DNA from: Actinomycetes bacterium
GTDB taxonomy: Bacteria > Actinomycetota > Acidimicrobiia > Acidimicrobiales > Ilumatobacteraceae
NCBI GenBank assembly: GCA_031400715.1
Contig: JANNQK010000264.1
Location: 4,094 to 68,093 of the forward strand
DNA: 64,000 bases
Reading direction: 5' to 3'
Shown: piece after piece, positions 1 through 9,348 of the stretch
How the letters are laid out: each line of letters starts with the position of its first letter
How positions within the stretch are numbered: the stretch's first letter is position 1
The notes under the pieces: model-generated
The model's input: the letters and a program-made list of their open reading frames with translations, nothing else
Databases searched by the model: none
Told to the model about the DNA's origin: nothing
Position numbers and translations under genes: made by a program

Positions 1-1
1 T

Positions 2-448
2 CGTATCGGCGTGCAGGAGCCCGGTGACACGGGATTCCTGCCCGGCGAGCGTGCCGATGCCAAGGTGTTCCGCGACACGAACCGTCGAATGGTCGAAGAG
101 GGCAAGAAGCCCGCCGAAGGCCGGCCGGAGATCATGGGCATCACCAAGGCGTCGCTCGCGACGGAGAGCTGGCTGTCGGCTGCCTCGTTCCAGGAGACCA
201 CCCGGGTGCTCACCGAGGCCGCCATCGACGGCCGCGGCGACAACCTGCTCGGCCTCAAGGAGAACATCATCATCGGCAAGCTCATCCCGGCCGGTTCGGG
301 CATGATGCACTACCGGCAGTTCACGGTCGAAGCACCCGACTACCAACCGATGACGTCGTACTCGAGCGACTTCGACGAGGATCCGGCCGCGTGGCTGAGC
401 AACATCCACGGCACGTACTCGACCGAGGAGCCCGCCGTCGAGGTCTGA
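2..448 (+). CDS. rpoC: DNA-directed RNA polymerase subunit beta-prime, C-terminal end (5' partial)
   Basis: The frame is open from the window edge. The translation [56 protein letters not shown] matches the conserved beta-prime C-terminus. rpsL and rpsG follow, as in most bacteria. Confidence 0.9.
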   Translation, partial: RIGVQEPGDTGFLPGERADAKVFRDTNRRMVEEGKKPAEGRPEIMGITKASLATESWLSAASFQETTRVLTEAAIDGRGDNLLGLKENIIIGKLIPAGSGMMHYRQFTVEAPDYQPMTSYSSDFDEDPAAWLSNIHGTYSTEEPAVEV

Positions 449-463
449 TCGTTCGGTGAACGA

Positions 464-520
464 ACACGAGCGACGTTCGCTTCGGCTTTCCGGCCGGGCG
501 TCGTCGCTCGTGTCGATTTT
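464..520 (+). terminator. Intrinsic-terminator-like hairpin after rpoC
   Basis: 12-bp inverted repeat ACACGAGCGACG (464-475) / CGTCGCTCGTGT (502-513), followed by CGATTTT. Confidence 0.45.
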
Positions 521-574
521 CGGCAACAGCGTGCACACTGTGTGTGTCCGCCAACCACACCAGGAGATGTTGAC

Positions 575-772
575 ATGGGTTTGCTCGACAAGATCAAGGG
601 CTTGACCAAGGGCCGCGAGAAGCAGATCAAGCAGGGCATCGACAAGGTCGCCGATGTCGTCGAGAAGAAGGTTCCCGACCAACACGACGCGAAGATCGGC
701 CAAGCTGCCGACAAGGCGAAGGGGCTCGTCGACAAGCTCGACGGTGACGCCAAGTCGTCGCCCGCCGGGTGA
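575..772 (+). CDS. Small MT0933/Rv0909-like antitoxin-family protein
   Basis: MGLLDKIKGLTKGREKQIKQGIDKVADVVEKKVPDQHDAKIGQAADKAKGLVDKL resembles the MT0933-like (Rv0909) small helical protein family. The internal ATG at 575 of ORF 542..772 was chosen as the start. Confidence 0.6.
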   Translation: MGLLDKIKGLTKGREKQIKQGIDKVADVVEKKVPDQHDAKIGQAADKAKGLVDKLDGDAKSSPAG

Positions 773-1024
773 GGTCCCCTGACCTCTGACCTGTGACCTG
801 TGGAGTCGCACGACGCGCACGACGCCCCATGGGTGCCGTGCGCGTCGACGTTTTCGGGTCGTTCGGTCCCCGACCACTCCGGACGCTTCGACCTGTCCGC
901 CCCGCTCTGGCCCTCTCGCGATCGACGGTTCAAGTCACCTGCTTGACATGCCGATACCCGGGGTGACCGTCCCACTACGGATGGTGCCGTGTCAGGGACG
1001 GGCGCGGGACGAGAGGACAGGGTC

Positions 1025-1171
1025 ATGCGGGCATTTCATCACCACGGTCACGGGTCGGCGGCGCATCACCCGTTCGATCACCACGACGCGCGTCAGCGGG
1101 GTACGGCTCGGGCCACCCCCTGGTTCGTGCTCGCGGCACTGGCGTTCCTGGCGGCCCTGAAGGCGCACTGA
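1025..1171 (+). CDS. Candidate 48-aa His-rich membrane-anchored peptide
   Basis: MRAFHHHGHGSAAHHPFDHHDA followed by the hydrophobic helix WFVLAALAFLAALKA. Third codon positions are mostly G/C, and a GAGAGGA-like RBS lies upstream. No family was recognised. Confidence 0.3.
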   Translation: MRAFHHHGHGSAAHHPFDHHDARQRGTARATPWFVLAALAFLAALKAH

Positions 1172-1398
1172 TCCAACTCGTCGTTCGGGCGTTTCCACCC
1201 GGCGCACCGGCGTGCCGAGCGTCGTCGCACACCTGCGAGAAGTGTGGATCATGTGGGTTCGCGAGCTCGACGTGCACGCGCGGGTTGCCGGTCGTGGATG
1301 CGCACCTCTAACATTGCATGGTCCTGCGTGGAGCTCTCCATGCAGCTGTCACCCGACAGAGTTGTTCTCGCACTGTCACAGTTCGCAAAGGTAGACGC

Positions 1399-1770
1399 GT
1401 GCCCACGATTCAGCAGCTGGTTCGCCAAGGGCGCACCACGAAGTTCTCGAAGACCAAGACGCCGGCCCTCAAGGGGTCGCCACAGCGTCGCGGTGTGTGC
1501 ACCCGCGTGTACACCAACACCCCGAAGAAGCCGAACTCAGCGCTGCGCAAGGTCGCGCGCGTTCGTCTGTCCAGTGGTGTCGAGATCACGGCCTACATCC
1601 CCGGCGAAGGCCACAACCTGCAAGAGCACTCGATCGTGCTCGTGCGTGGTGGTCGCGTGCGCGACCTGCCGGGCGTGCGATACAAGATCATCCGCGGCGC
1701 GCTCGACGCAGCCGGCGTGAAGAACCGCAAGCAGAGCCGCAGCCGTTACGGCGCCAAGATGGCCAAGTAG
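1399..1770 (+). CDS. rpsL: 30S ribosomal protein S12
   Basis: GTG start, then [11 protein letters not shown]...[36 protein letters not shown]...[19 protein letters not shown], which is canonical S12. Confidence 0.95.
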   Translation: MPTIQQLVRQGRTTKFSKTKTPALKGSPQRRGVCTRVYTNTPKKPNSALRKVARVRLSSGVEITAYIPGEGHNLQEHSIVLVRGGRVRDLPGVRYKIIRGALDAAGVKNRKQSRSRYGAKMAK

Positions 1771-1792
1771 TACAGGGAAAAGGAACCGCAAG

Positions 1793-2263
1793 ATGCCTCG
1801 TAAAGGACCCGCTCAGCGCCGAGAGCTGCTGCCCGATCCCCTGTATCGCTCACTGCTCGTGTCGCAGGTGACCAACAAGGTCATGCTGCACGGCAAGCGC
1901 ACCGTCGCCGAGAAGATCGTCTACGACGCGCTCAAGATCGTGGAAGAGAAGACCGGCGCCGAGCCGATCGCCACGCTCAAGCGAGCCATCGACAACATCA
2001 AGCCGCCGCTCGAGGTGAAGAGCCGCCGCGTCGGTGGAGCGAGCTACCAGGTGCCCGTCGAGGTTCGTCCTCGTCGTGCGAGCACGCTGTCGATTCGTTG
2101 GCTGGTCGACTTCAGCCGCAAGCGTCGTGAGAAGACGATGGCCGAGTGCCTCGCCGGCGAGCTGATGGACGCGGCCAATGGCCTCGGTGCTGCGATCAAG
2201 CGTCGCGACGACATGCAGAAGATGGCCGAGAGCAACAAGGCCTTCGCCCACTATCGCTGGTGA
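1793..2263 (+). CDS. rpsG: 30S ribosomal protein S7
   Basis: [18 protein letters not shown]...[28 protein letters not shown]...NKAFAHYRW, which is canonical S7. It starts 22 nt after rpsL. Confidence 0.95.
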   Translation: MPRKGPAQRRELLPDPLYRSLLVSQVTNKVMLHGKRTVAEKIVYDALKIVEEKTGAEPIATLKRAIDNIKPPLEVKSRRVGGASYQVPVEVRPRRASTLSIRWLVDFSRKRREKTMAECLAGELMDAANGLGAAIKRRDDMQKMAESNKAFAHYRW

Positions 2264-2299
2264 GTCGCGTCGGTCTCGACCGGCTCTCCACGTTCTGAC

Positions 2300-2335
2300 G
2301 AACCCGCCCGCAAGGGCGGGTTCGGCCGTTTTCGG
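2300..2335 (+). terminator. Intrinsic terminator after rpsG
   Basis: GAACCCGCCC-GCAA-GGGCGGGTTC is a perfect 10-bp stem, followed by GGCCGTTTTCGG. Confidence 0.6.
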
Positions 2336-2388
2336 CATCCGTTCCGATCGGTGGGAACCGATGAGGCCATCGAGGACGTCCAAGGTCC

Positions 2389-4479
2389 ATGAACTGCTCC
2401 TCACACCGTTCGCTCGTCGCCATGGCGATGCTGGCGGCGACCACACTGGTCATCACCGGATGTGTCGCCGACGACCCCGACGCGGCTCCTTCGACGTCGC
2501 AGCCGCCCTCGACCACGGCACCGACTCGGACCGACTCGACGGTTCCAGACGACCAGGATGCACCGGACTCGGGCACGACACCTCCGCGCTCCGCCGGGTT
2601 CGGCCGGTCGCGCCTCACGTTCTTCAGCGACTGCCCAGCGCTGCTCGGGTACCTCCAGGCAGAATCGCTGGAGCGGGTGACGGCGTGGGGGCTGGGTGGC
2701 GGGTATCCGTACTGGAGGGGCGGCCCGATGCCTCTCGCCGCCGACGGGCGGGCAGTCTCCGAAGCCACCGAGGCGCCGGCAGCCTTCGATCAGGCAGCTC
2801 CGGCCACGACCGCCGCAGGCGGCTTCTCCACGACGAACACCCAGGAGGTCGGTGTCGACGAAGGCGACATCGTCGAGACGAACGGCACCGAGGTGTTCGT
2901 TGCGGGGCAAGACGGGGTGCGCATCATCGACGTCGCGAGCGCTCGTGTGCTCGACACGATCGACGTACCGCAAGGAACTCATCAACTGCTACTCGACGGT
3001 GAACGGCTGCTGGTCGTCACGTCGTCGTGGAGCGGTGCCGAGGACACGATCGTGTCGCTGTTCGATGTGACCGATCCATCGGCAGCATCGCTGCTGCGCC
3101 GCAGCCACCTCGAAGGCCGTGCCGTCGCGAGCCGGGCGATCGATGGAACCGCTCGCCTGGTGCTGAGTTCGACCATCGCACTGCGACTGCCGTTCGTGTA
3201 TCCGGACCAGTTCGGCCTCGACGAGGATCGAGCGTTGGAGGAGAACCGGCGCATCATCCGCGACAGCTCGATCGAGCAGTGGATGCCACGCTGGTTCGAG
3301 GAGAATGGCGACGGGTCGTTCGGTGACATGAGCACCTCGCTCGACTGTGCCAACGTCGCGGCCCCGCGCGAGTTCGCCGGGTTGGGCATCTCGTGGATCG
3401 CGACGCTCGACATGCGGGCGGGTACCAGCCCGGTCGGCTCGGCGGGGATCGTGTCGAGCAGCGACATCGTGTACGCGTCGTCGTCGAACATCTACATGGC
3501 CACCCAACCGTGGGACTGGTTCAACTCGGGAACGGACGTCGCGTCACCGTCACAACAGCCACCGACGCTCATCCATCAGTTCGCACTCGGCGTGAACGGA
3601 TCGGCGTCGTGGGTGGCCTCCGGCGAAGTTCCGGGCCGGCTGTTGAACCAGTTCTCGATGGGCGAGTACGAGGGCGATCTGCGTGTCGCCTCCACGCTCG
3701 ACGACTGGACGGGCACCGGTGCGAGCGAGTCGGCCGTCACCGTGCTCAGGCCACAGAACGGTGAGTTGGCGCAGATCGGACAGGCGACGGGTCTGGGCGT
3801 CACCGAGCAGATCTACGCGGTGCGTTTCATGGGGCCGCTCGCCTACGTCGTGACGTTCCGTCAGACCGATCCGCTGTACGTACTCGATCTGTCGGACCCG
3901 GCGAACCCGCGGGTGGCCGGCGAGCTGAAGATCCCTGGCTACTCGGCGTACCTCCATCCGGTCGGTGAGGGGTTGCTGCTCGGCGTGGGCCAGAACGCCG
4001 ACCTGTCGGGCCGAACGACCGGCACCCAGCTGTCGCTGTTCGACGTGAGCGATCCGGCGAACCCCCAGCAACTGTCCACGCTGCAGATCGGCGGTTCCAG
4101 CGAGGCCGAGTGGGACCACAAGGCGTTCCTCTACTGGCCCGAGGACGGCACGATCGTGATCCCGACCTCGCCGCTGTGGGGTCCGTGCGCGGATGGTCTG
4201 GAGTGCGTTGCGAGCCAGCTCAGCGGCCGCAGCGGGGGCGGCGTGATCGTTGCTCAGCTCCAGGGCACACAGCTGGTCGGACGCGGCGTGATCGAGCACG
4301 ACATCAGCGGGAGCACGGGGTGCTGGAACCCCCTGCAGCGCTCGATGATCATCGGCAGCGAGATCGTCACCGTCGGCTTCGATCAGGTGCAGTTCACCGA
4401 TCGGGTCTCGCTCACGAAGCGTGATTCCGCGCGCTGGGGCGACGCCGAGCAGTACGGCTGCTACTACTACACGGAGTGA
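2389..4479 (+). CDS. Secreted lipoprotein with a C-terminal beta-propeller domain (Beta_propel-like)
   Basis: Lipobox LVITGC, then a Pro/Thr-rich linker. The long body resembles the beta-propeller-domain family of secreted proteins (DPLYVLDLSDPANPRVAGELKIPGYSAYLHP...). Confidence 0.6.
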   Translation: MNCSSHRSLVAMAMLAATTLVITGCVADDPDAAPSTSQPPSTTAPTRTDSTVPDDQDAPDSGTTPPRSAGFGRSRLTFFSDCPALLGYLQAESLERVTAWGLGGGYPYWRGGPMPLAADGRAVSEATEAPAAFDQAAPATTAAGGFSTTNTQEVGVDEGDIVETNGTEVFVAGQDGVRIIDVASARVLDTIDVPQGTHQLLLDGERLLVVTSSWSGAEDTIVSLFDVTDPSAASLLRRSHLEGRAVASRAIDGTARLVLSSTIALRLPFVYPDQFGLDEDRALEENRRIIRDSSIEQWMPRWFEENGDGSFGDMSTSLDCANVAAPREFAGLGISWIATLDMRAGTSPVGSAGIVSSSDIVYASSSNIYMATQPWDWFNSGTDVASPSQQPPTLIHQFALGVNGSASWVASGEVPGRLLNQFSMGEYEGDLRVASTLDDWTGTGASESAVTVLRPQNGELAQIGQATGLGVTEQIYAVRFMGPLAYVVTFRQTDPLYVLDLSDPANPRVAGELKIPGYSAYLHPVGEGLLLGVGQNADLSGRTTGTQLSLFDVSDPANPQQLSTLQIGGSSEAEWDHKAFLYWPEDGTIVIPTSPLWGPCADGLECVASQLSGRSGGGVIVAQLQGTQLVGRGVIEHDISGSTGCWNPLQRSMIIGSEIVTVGFDQVQFTDRVSLTKRDSARWGDAEQYGCYYYTE

Positions 4480-5462
4480 TCTCCAACGTTCGTCGCACGC
4501 CTCGCATCGGTCGAGCCTTCGCACTGCTGGTCGTCGTGGCGATCACGGCTGTCGGGTGTAGCGGCAACGACCCGGTGGTCACGTCGGAACGGAGTGTCGT
4601 CAGTGCGACGCTCGCCGACTTGTCGCAGGCCACGGCTCCTCCGTCCACGGCAGCATCGGTGACCACCGCGATGGATGTGGCACCCACCAGCGTTCTGCCA
4701 CCGACCACGCCGATGTCCACGCCAGCGTCGACGAGCGACGTGCCGCCGATCACGGGAGCGCCGACCACGGCCGAGACCCCGCCGCCTTCGGCTCCGGCGT
4801 CCACGACGCCGGCGATCCTCGAAACTCGTCAGATCGGGAGCTCGGTCGAGGGTCGGCCGATCTCAGCGGTTCGTCGCGGCACGCCGGGTGGGCGTGTGGT
4901 GCTGATCATCGGGGTCATCCACGGCGACGAGGCGGCCGGTCTCGCGATCGTCGATCTGCTCGAGCAGTACGAGGTGCCGGCGAACGTGGACCTGTGGCTG
5001 ATCGATTCGATGAATCCCGACGGCGTCGCCACCGGCGACCGGCACAATGCCAACCAGGTCGACCTGAACCGCAACTTCCCCGCGGACTGGGGGCCGATCG
5101 GCGTTCCCGGCGATGGCCAGTACGCAGGTCCGGCCGTGGCGAGCGAGCCCGAGACGCAGGCACTCATCGGGTTCGTCACCGAGATCCGGCCCGACCTGAT
5201 CATCTGGTACCACCAAGATCTCTTTCGCATCAGCCCCGGAAAGGGCCGCGACGGTGCGATCCGTCAGCGCTACGCCGACCTGGTCGGCCTTCCGGTGGTG
5301 TCGATCACCGGCGGCCGCTACACCGGCGTGGCTGCCACGTGGGCACGCCGAACGATCGATCCCGGCGTGGCCTTCATCGTCGAGCTCGGAGCGACCCTCA
5401 CGCCCGAAGAAGCGGACCGCCACGCGCGGGCAGTCCTCATCGTCGCCAGCGAGCCCAACTGA
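4476..5462 (+). CDS. M14-family zinc carboxypeptidase-like lipoprotein
   Basis: Lipobox AVGCSG. HxxE zinc motif in GVIHGDEAAG. NPDG and NQVDLNRNF motifs are typical of M14 and murein-peptide amidase-like enzymes. The GTGA start overlaps the upstream stop. Confidence 0.7.
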   Translation: MISNVRRTPRIGRAFALLVVVAITAVGCSGNDPVVTSERSVVSATLADLSQATAPPSTAASVTTAMDVAPTSVLPPTTPMSTPASTSDVPPITGAPTTAETPPPSAPASTTPAILETRQIGSSVEGRPISAVRRGTPGGRVVLIIGVIHGDEAAGLAIVDLLEQYEVPANVDLWLIDSMNPDGVATGDRHNANQVDLNRNFPADWGPIGVPGDGQYAGPAVASEPETQALIGFVTEIRPDLIIWYHQDLFRISPGKGRDGAIRQRYADLVGLPVVSITGGRYTGVAATWARRTIDPGVAFIVELGATLTPEEADRHARAVLIVASEPN

Positions 5463-5465
5463 CAC

Positions 5466-5573
5466 GTTTGTTCACTTCCGCACCCATGCGGTGCGTTGGT
5501 GCACACACGCGTCCGGGTCGTTCGGCGTTTGTTCACTTCCGCACCCATGCGGTGCGTTGGTGCACACACGCGT
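5466..5573. repeat. Tandem duplication, two 47-nt copies at a 61-bp period, each with hairpin potential
   Basis: GTTTGTTCACTTCCGCACCCATGCGGTGCGTTGGTGCACACACGCGT occurs at 5466-5512 and again at 5527-5573. Each copy contains CGCACC/GGTGCG arms. The repeat lies between convergent genes. Confidence 0.85.
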
Positions 5574-5585
5574 GGTCCGGTGAGG

Positions 5586-6656
5586 TCAGGGTTTGGTGTT
5601 GACGGCGATCAGTTCGCCCGAGTCGTACACCGCCGGCACGCTCGTCCACACGTAGTCGTCGTCGGGTTCGGTGAAGCCGTTCGCCCAGAACGTGATCGAG
5701 TAGGTGATGCGCGCGGTGATCGTCGCCTCGCCTGGACCAGGCGGGGTCCATGTGCAATCACCGTTGACTCCAGGATCGGTCTGATCGGGCAACTCGGGGA
5801 ATGCGGGCAGGGCGCCGCCGCCCGACGCTGCGGCCTCGCCGGGGACGCACGAGACGATGCCCCGGAATGGTGCCGAGGGCTTGTCGGGGTTGGGTGTGAA
5901 CTCCACGACGAAGTCCATCTGCCTGGGTCGGGCGATCAGCAACAGCGTGGCACCGCGGTAGATGATCGATCCGCCGCGCTGGGTACGCCAGGCACCCGGC
6001 TCGATCGCGAGCCAGGTCGGGTAGCGGGTGACCAGACCGCCGTAGGTGTCGACCACCGGGTTCTCGAACACCACCGGTCGATCGAGTTGCAGTGCGTTGC
6101 GCAGCCGGTCGAGCTGTGAACGCACCGCGAACAACGGGTCGACGAGCGGCACCTGCACGATGGTGATCCGGTTGATCTCGTAGTACGCGCGGTCGCAGAA
6201 GACGGTGAAGGTACGCATGCCCTGCTCGAGCGGACCGTTGCTGGGCACCTGCGTGACGTCGGCGGGGAGCTCTCGCGGCGGCAGGTCGAACGCCACGGCG
6301 ATGCCTTCGACGAAGTGGTAGGTGGACGTGACGACCGTGCCGCGTGGAACCCGGTCGCCATTGGACAGCAAGAAGTCGTCGCGGTCCGCGGTGAACGAAC
6401 AGGTGCGCGCTGCGCCGCCGCCGTAACGGGCGAACGCAGAGTCCGAGGGGATCGAGGTGAGCCGTTGGATCCCGCCGTTGGCATCACGCACCGACACGGT
6501 CCGCGCCCCCTGGAGCACCGCCGGAGGCGCAGAGGAGTTGGCGCCCGTTCCAGGAGATGGCGGTAGAACGGGAGTCGGACCAGCGAACAACATCGCTGCG
6601 AGAACCAGCGCTAGAGACACGCTGTGTCCTCTTCCGAGAACGCCTCGACCTTCCAC
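5586..6656 (-). CDS. Hypothetical secreted protein
   Basis: Long GC3-rich ORF with an N-terminal hydrophobic segment (LALVLAAMLFAG). No family was recognised. The start is uncertain because the ORF overlaps the upstream ORF by 46 nt. Confidence 0.5.
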   Translation of the reverse strand: MEGRGVLGRGHSVSLALVLAAMLFAGPTPVLPPSPGTGANSSAPPAVLQGARTVSVRDANGGIQRLTSIPSDSAFARYGGGAARTCSFTADRDDFLLSNGDRVPRGTVVTSTYHFVEGIAVAFDLPPRELPADVTQVPSNGPLEQGMRTFTVFCDRAYYEINRITIVQVPLVDPLFAVRSQLDRLRNALQLDRPVVFENPVVDTYGGLVTRYPTWLAIEPGAWRTQRGGSIIYRGATLLLIARPRQMDFVVEFTPNPDKPSAPFRGIVSCVPGEAAASGGGALPAFPELPDQTDPGVNGDCTWTPPGPGEATITARITYSITFWANGFTEPDDDYVWTSVPAVYDSGELIAVNTKP

Positions 6657-6907
6657 CTTCCGCCAGACAGAAGCATCGTGGCGAGCTGGCCCCGCTGTAC
6701 AGGCTTTGATGTGGGTCTCGCAGGGTCGTCTCGGAGAACAAAGGCCTCGTCCGAGAGAGTGCAGTCGAGCACCACCGCCGAGCCGTCCGACCGACGGTCT
6801 GCCAGCACATAGGGCCGCAGGACGACCCCTATGCCAAGTGAGTCCACGAATCCTCCGGCGCGTGCCTCACGCAGCTTGGCATCAAACTGCGAGCCAGCGT
6901 CGACCAT
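6611..6907 (-). CDS. Hypothetical protein, probably the C-terminal half of a split lipoprotein gene
   Basis: It is in the same frame as ORF 6923..7471. The two are separated only by TAA (6925-6923) plus 5 sense codons. Confidence 0.4.
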   Translation of the reverse strand: MVDAGSQFDAKLREARAGGFVDSLGIGVVLRPYVLADRRSDGSAVVLDCTLSDEAFVLRDDPARPTSKPVQRGQLATMLLSGGRWKVEAFSEEDTACL

Positions 6908-6922
6908 GTACTCCTCGAACCT

Positions 6923-7471
6923 TTACGGGTCCACAATGAGGTCGGTGGTTGCGGCCCTGTAGAACTCGGTGACGGCGTTGGCGTAGGCCTCGAGGATGGG
7001 GATGTCGTCGGGTTGGACGGTGAAGACGCTGGGGTCGTTGGGGTCGGGGTCCCAGGCGATGTGGACGTACAGGCCCTCGGGCAGCAGTTGACGGGTGTCG
7101 CCCCTCGTGTTCACCCCAGGCGCATTCTCGACCTTCGTGCCAAGTGCATCGGAGAACATCGGTCCGGTCACTCCGTTGCTGCCGGCCTCTTCGTCGTCGG
7201 TGTCGGTCGACGTGGGTGCGTCGGCCGCGTCGGTCGCGTCGGGCGCAGCGGTGGGCGACGTCGTCTCCATCGCGGTGGTCGACACGGCCCGTTCGGTCGT
7301 CGGCGTCGCGCCGGTGGCCGGTGGCGCCGGCACGGTGGTGAGGTCGGCAACCTCGTTGCCGCCCGAGCAGGCTGCGATCGTGAAGCCGGCCACCAGCGTG
7401 ATGCCCAGGTGTCGTCGTCGGCGGGGTGGTCGGCGGGATCGGCGCTGCGGTCGTCGGTGGTGCTTGGTCAT
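6923..7471 (-). CDS. Lipoprotein, probably the N-terminal half of a split gene
   Basis: Arg-rich N-region, lipobox IAACSG and a Thr/Pro-rich linker. It ends at a TAA that is in frame with the next ORF. Confidence 0.5.
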   Translation of the reverse strand: MTKHHRRPQRRSRRPPRRRRHLGITLVAGFTIAACSGGNEVADLTTVPAPPATGATPTTERAVSTTAMETTSPTAAPDATDAADAPTSTDTDDEEAGSNGVTGPMFSDALGTKVENAPGVNTRGDTRQLLPEGLYVHIAWDPDPNDPSVFTVQPDDIPILEAYANAVTEFYRAATTDLIVDP

Positions 7472-7721
7472 CCCGCGAGCGCCTCCAACGCGATCCCAGG
7501 GCAGTACGCCGTTGCGAGCAGCCTACTGATCCGCTCTGCTGCCACATGTGCTGCTACATCTGCCGCCAAAGAGCGGCAGCGGCGGCCGACGATCGGAAAG
7601 CCACGTTCTACGCTTGGGCCATGACGTGGTCGTGCCCGAACTGCGATCGACGGTTCGCCTGCGTCGGCCCGGCTCATGAGCGTGCCCCGGCGATCGCTGG
7701 TGGAGTCGTGGGGATCGCGCC

Positions 7722-8402
7722 GTGATCGGCGCCGACGAGATCATCGGTCGTTGTGCGGCCGCGGGCATCGACCTCGCCGCCGTCACCAGCGTCGGCGCCT
7801 ACGACGAACTGGTCGACGAACCGTTCCGGTTGGGCGCCGCGGCAGGCGCCGCGGCAGATGCCACGGTGATCGTCCTGGGCAACACGCGAGCACTGTGGCC
7901 TCATCTCGAGCGCTTCGTCCACGATCACGGCCCACTCGACGATCCGGTCGACACCTACGTGGAGCGCACGGTGCGCGCCGCCACGGCTGATGTCGACGAC
8001 CTGGTCGACATCCGTTTCTCGCACGAGCCACCGCCTCGCCGCATCGCGATCCAACGCCTCGCCGATCGTGCCGGACTCGCCTGGTTGTCGCCGAGCCATC
8101 TGTGCGTGCACCCCGTGAACGGACCATGGATCGCGTTGCGTGCCGCGGTGGTGCTGAGTCGACCGCCCGTTCAGGTGCCGGCCGCAGCCAGCGTCACGTG
8201 CGACTGCACGGCGCACTGCCTGCCTCGACTGCTCGAAGCCGTGGCCGCCGGTGAACCGTCGAGCAAGGACGACATGGTGGCGCAGTGGCAGCTGTGGCTC
8301 GCGATGCGCGACGCGTGTCCGATCGGTCGAGCACATCGCTATGACGACGACCAGATCCGGTATCACTACCTGGGCGAACGGCCGACGAGCTGGCCGCGAT
8401 GA
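7722..8402 (+). CDS. MMACHC-like (cobalamin-processing CblC-like) protein
   Basis: HLCVHPVNGPWIALRAAVVLSRPPVQVP resembles the human MMACHC segment [24 protein letters not shown]. This is a by-eye match only. Confidence 0.5.
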   Translation: MIGADEIIGRCAAAGIDLAAVTSVGAYDELVDEPFRLGAAAGAAADATVIVLGNTRALWPHLERFVHDHGPLDDPVDTYVERTVRAATADVDDLVDIRFSHEPPPRRIAIQRLADRAGLAWLSPSHLCVHPVNGPWIALRAAVVLSRPPVQVPAAASVTCDCTAHCLPRLLEAVAAGEPSSKDDMVAQWQLWLAMRDACPIGRAHRYDDDQIRYHYLGERPTSWPR

Positions 8403-8436
8403 TCTGTGTGGGGCTCGGCCCGCAGCATCGTCCGGC

Positions 8437-9348
8437 TCACACCACCGCTCCGACGATCCAGCCCTCTTCCTCCACGACGGCGCGAGCCACGTCGTCGTCG
8501 AGCACGGGCGCGAACAGGGGCCCCAGCTCGCCGCGATCGTCGAGTGATGCGAGGTGTTCACCCAGCGCGCGCACCTGACCGGCGTCCTTCACGGGGTGGA
8601 GCGCCGGATCGGGTCGCCCGATCGAGCTGGGCCAGATCTCGGCGTGGATGATCATGTTGCGCCGACCTCGCACGGGGTCGGCGGTGAGTCCGGTCTCGAA
8701 CGGCCAGATCGCCGAGCGCGCCCTCAACGACGGATGATGGCGCAGCGCATGCACGACGGGCACGCCCATGAGCGTCTGGCTGCCCGCGCTGCCGGCACCG
8801 GCGAGCTGCCATGCCGACGCTGGGCGCATGCCGGCACTTCGAAGCGCTTGCTCTGCGTGCCGGTGCTCGGCCAGACCATGGTGCGGGAAGCCAGGCGCCT
8901 TGGTGCGAGACAACGAACTCGTGACGTGCGCCGGGGACGTGGTGCCCCAGAACGGACCGGGGCCGTCACTGATCGCTGCGTTGAGCTGGGAGGCCACCTC
9001 GAACCGGTTGTTGGCGTTGTTCGGTCGATCATCGATGTTGACGACGAGGTGCTGCCACGCAGCCGCCCAGGCCGGCTCGCCGGGGAGGCCGGCGGCTTGG
9101 GCGAATCCGCTCGGGTACCCGTACGGCATGTCGAACCCGACGAGGATCCGCTGGTGCGGGTGAACGGTCAGCAGCCCGACGAGGTACTCGCGGGCGTCGG
9201 CCCGGGTGGGGTGGTTGATCGGTTCCTGCATCGCCCCACCGCGCTCGGTGACATGTGTCCAGATCGAGTCCGGACCGCGTTTGGGCGTGGAGTTGGCGCT
9301 CCAGTCGACCACGACATACACGTCGAAGAGCGGCTGACGATCGGTCAT
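8437..9348 (-). CDS. Conserved hypothetical protein
   Basis: GC3-rich 303-aa ORF (MTDRQPLFDVYVVVDWSANSTPKRGPDSIW...). I cannot place it in a family with confidence. Confidence 0.5.
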   Translation of the reverse strand: MTDRQPLFDVYVVVDWSANSTPKRGPDSIWTHVTERGGAMQEPINHPTRADAREYLVGLLTVHPHQRILVGFDMPYGYPSGFAQAAGLPGEPAWAAAWQHLVVNIDDRPNNANNRFEVASQLNAAISDGPGPFWGTTSPAHVTSSLSRTKAPGFPHHGLAEHRHAEQALRSAGMRPASAWQLAGAGSAGSQTLMGVPVVHALRHHPSLRARSAIWPFETGLTADPVRGRRNMIIHAEIWPSSIGRPDPALHPVKDAGQVRALGEHLASLDDRGELGPLFAPVLDDDVARAVVEEEGWIVGAVV

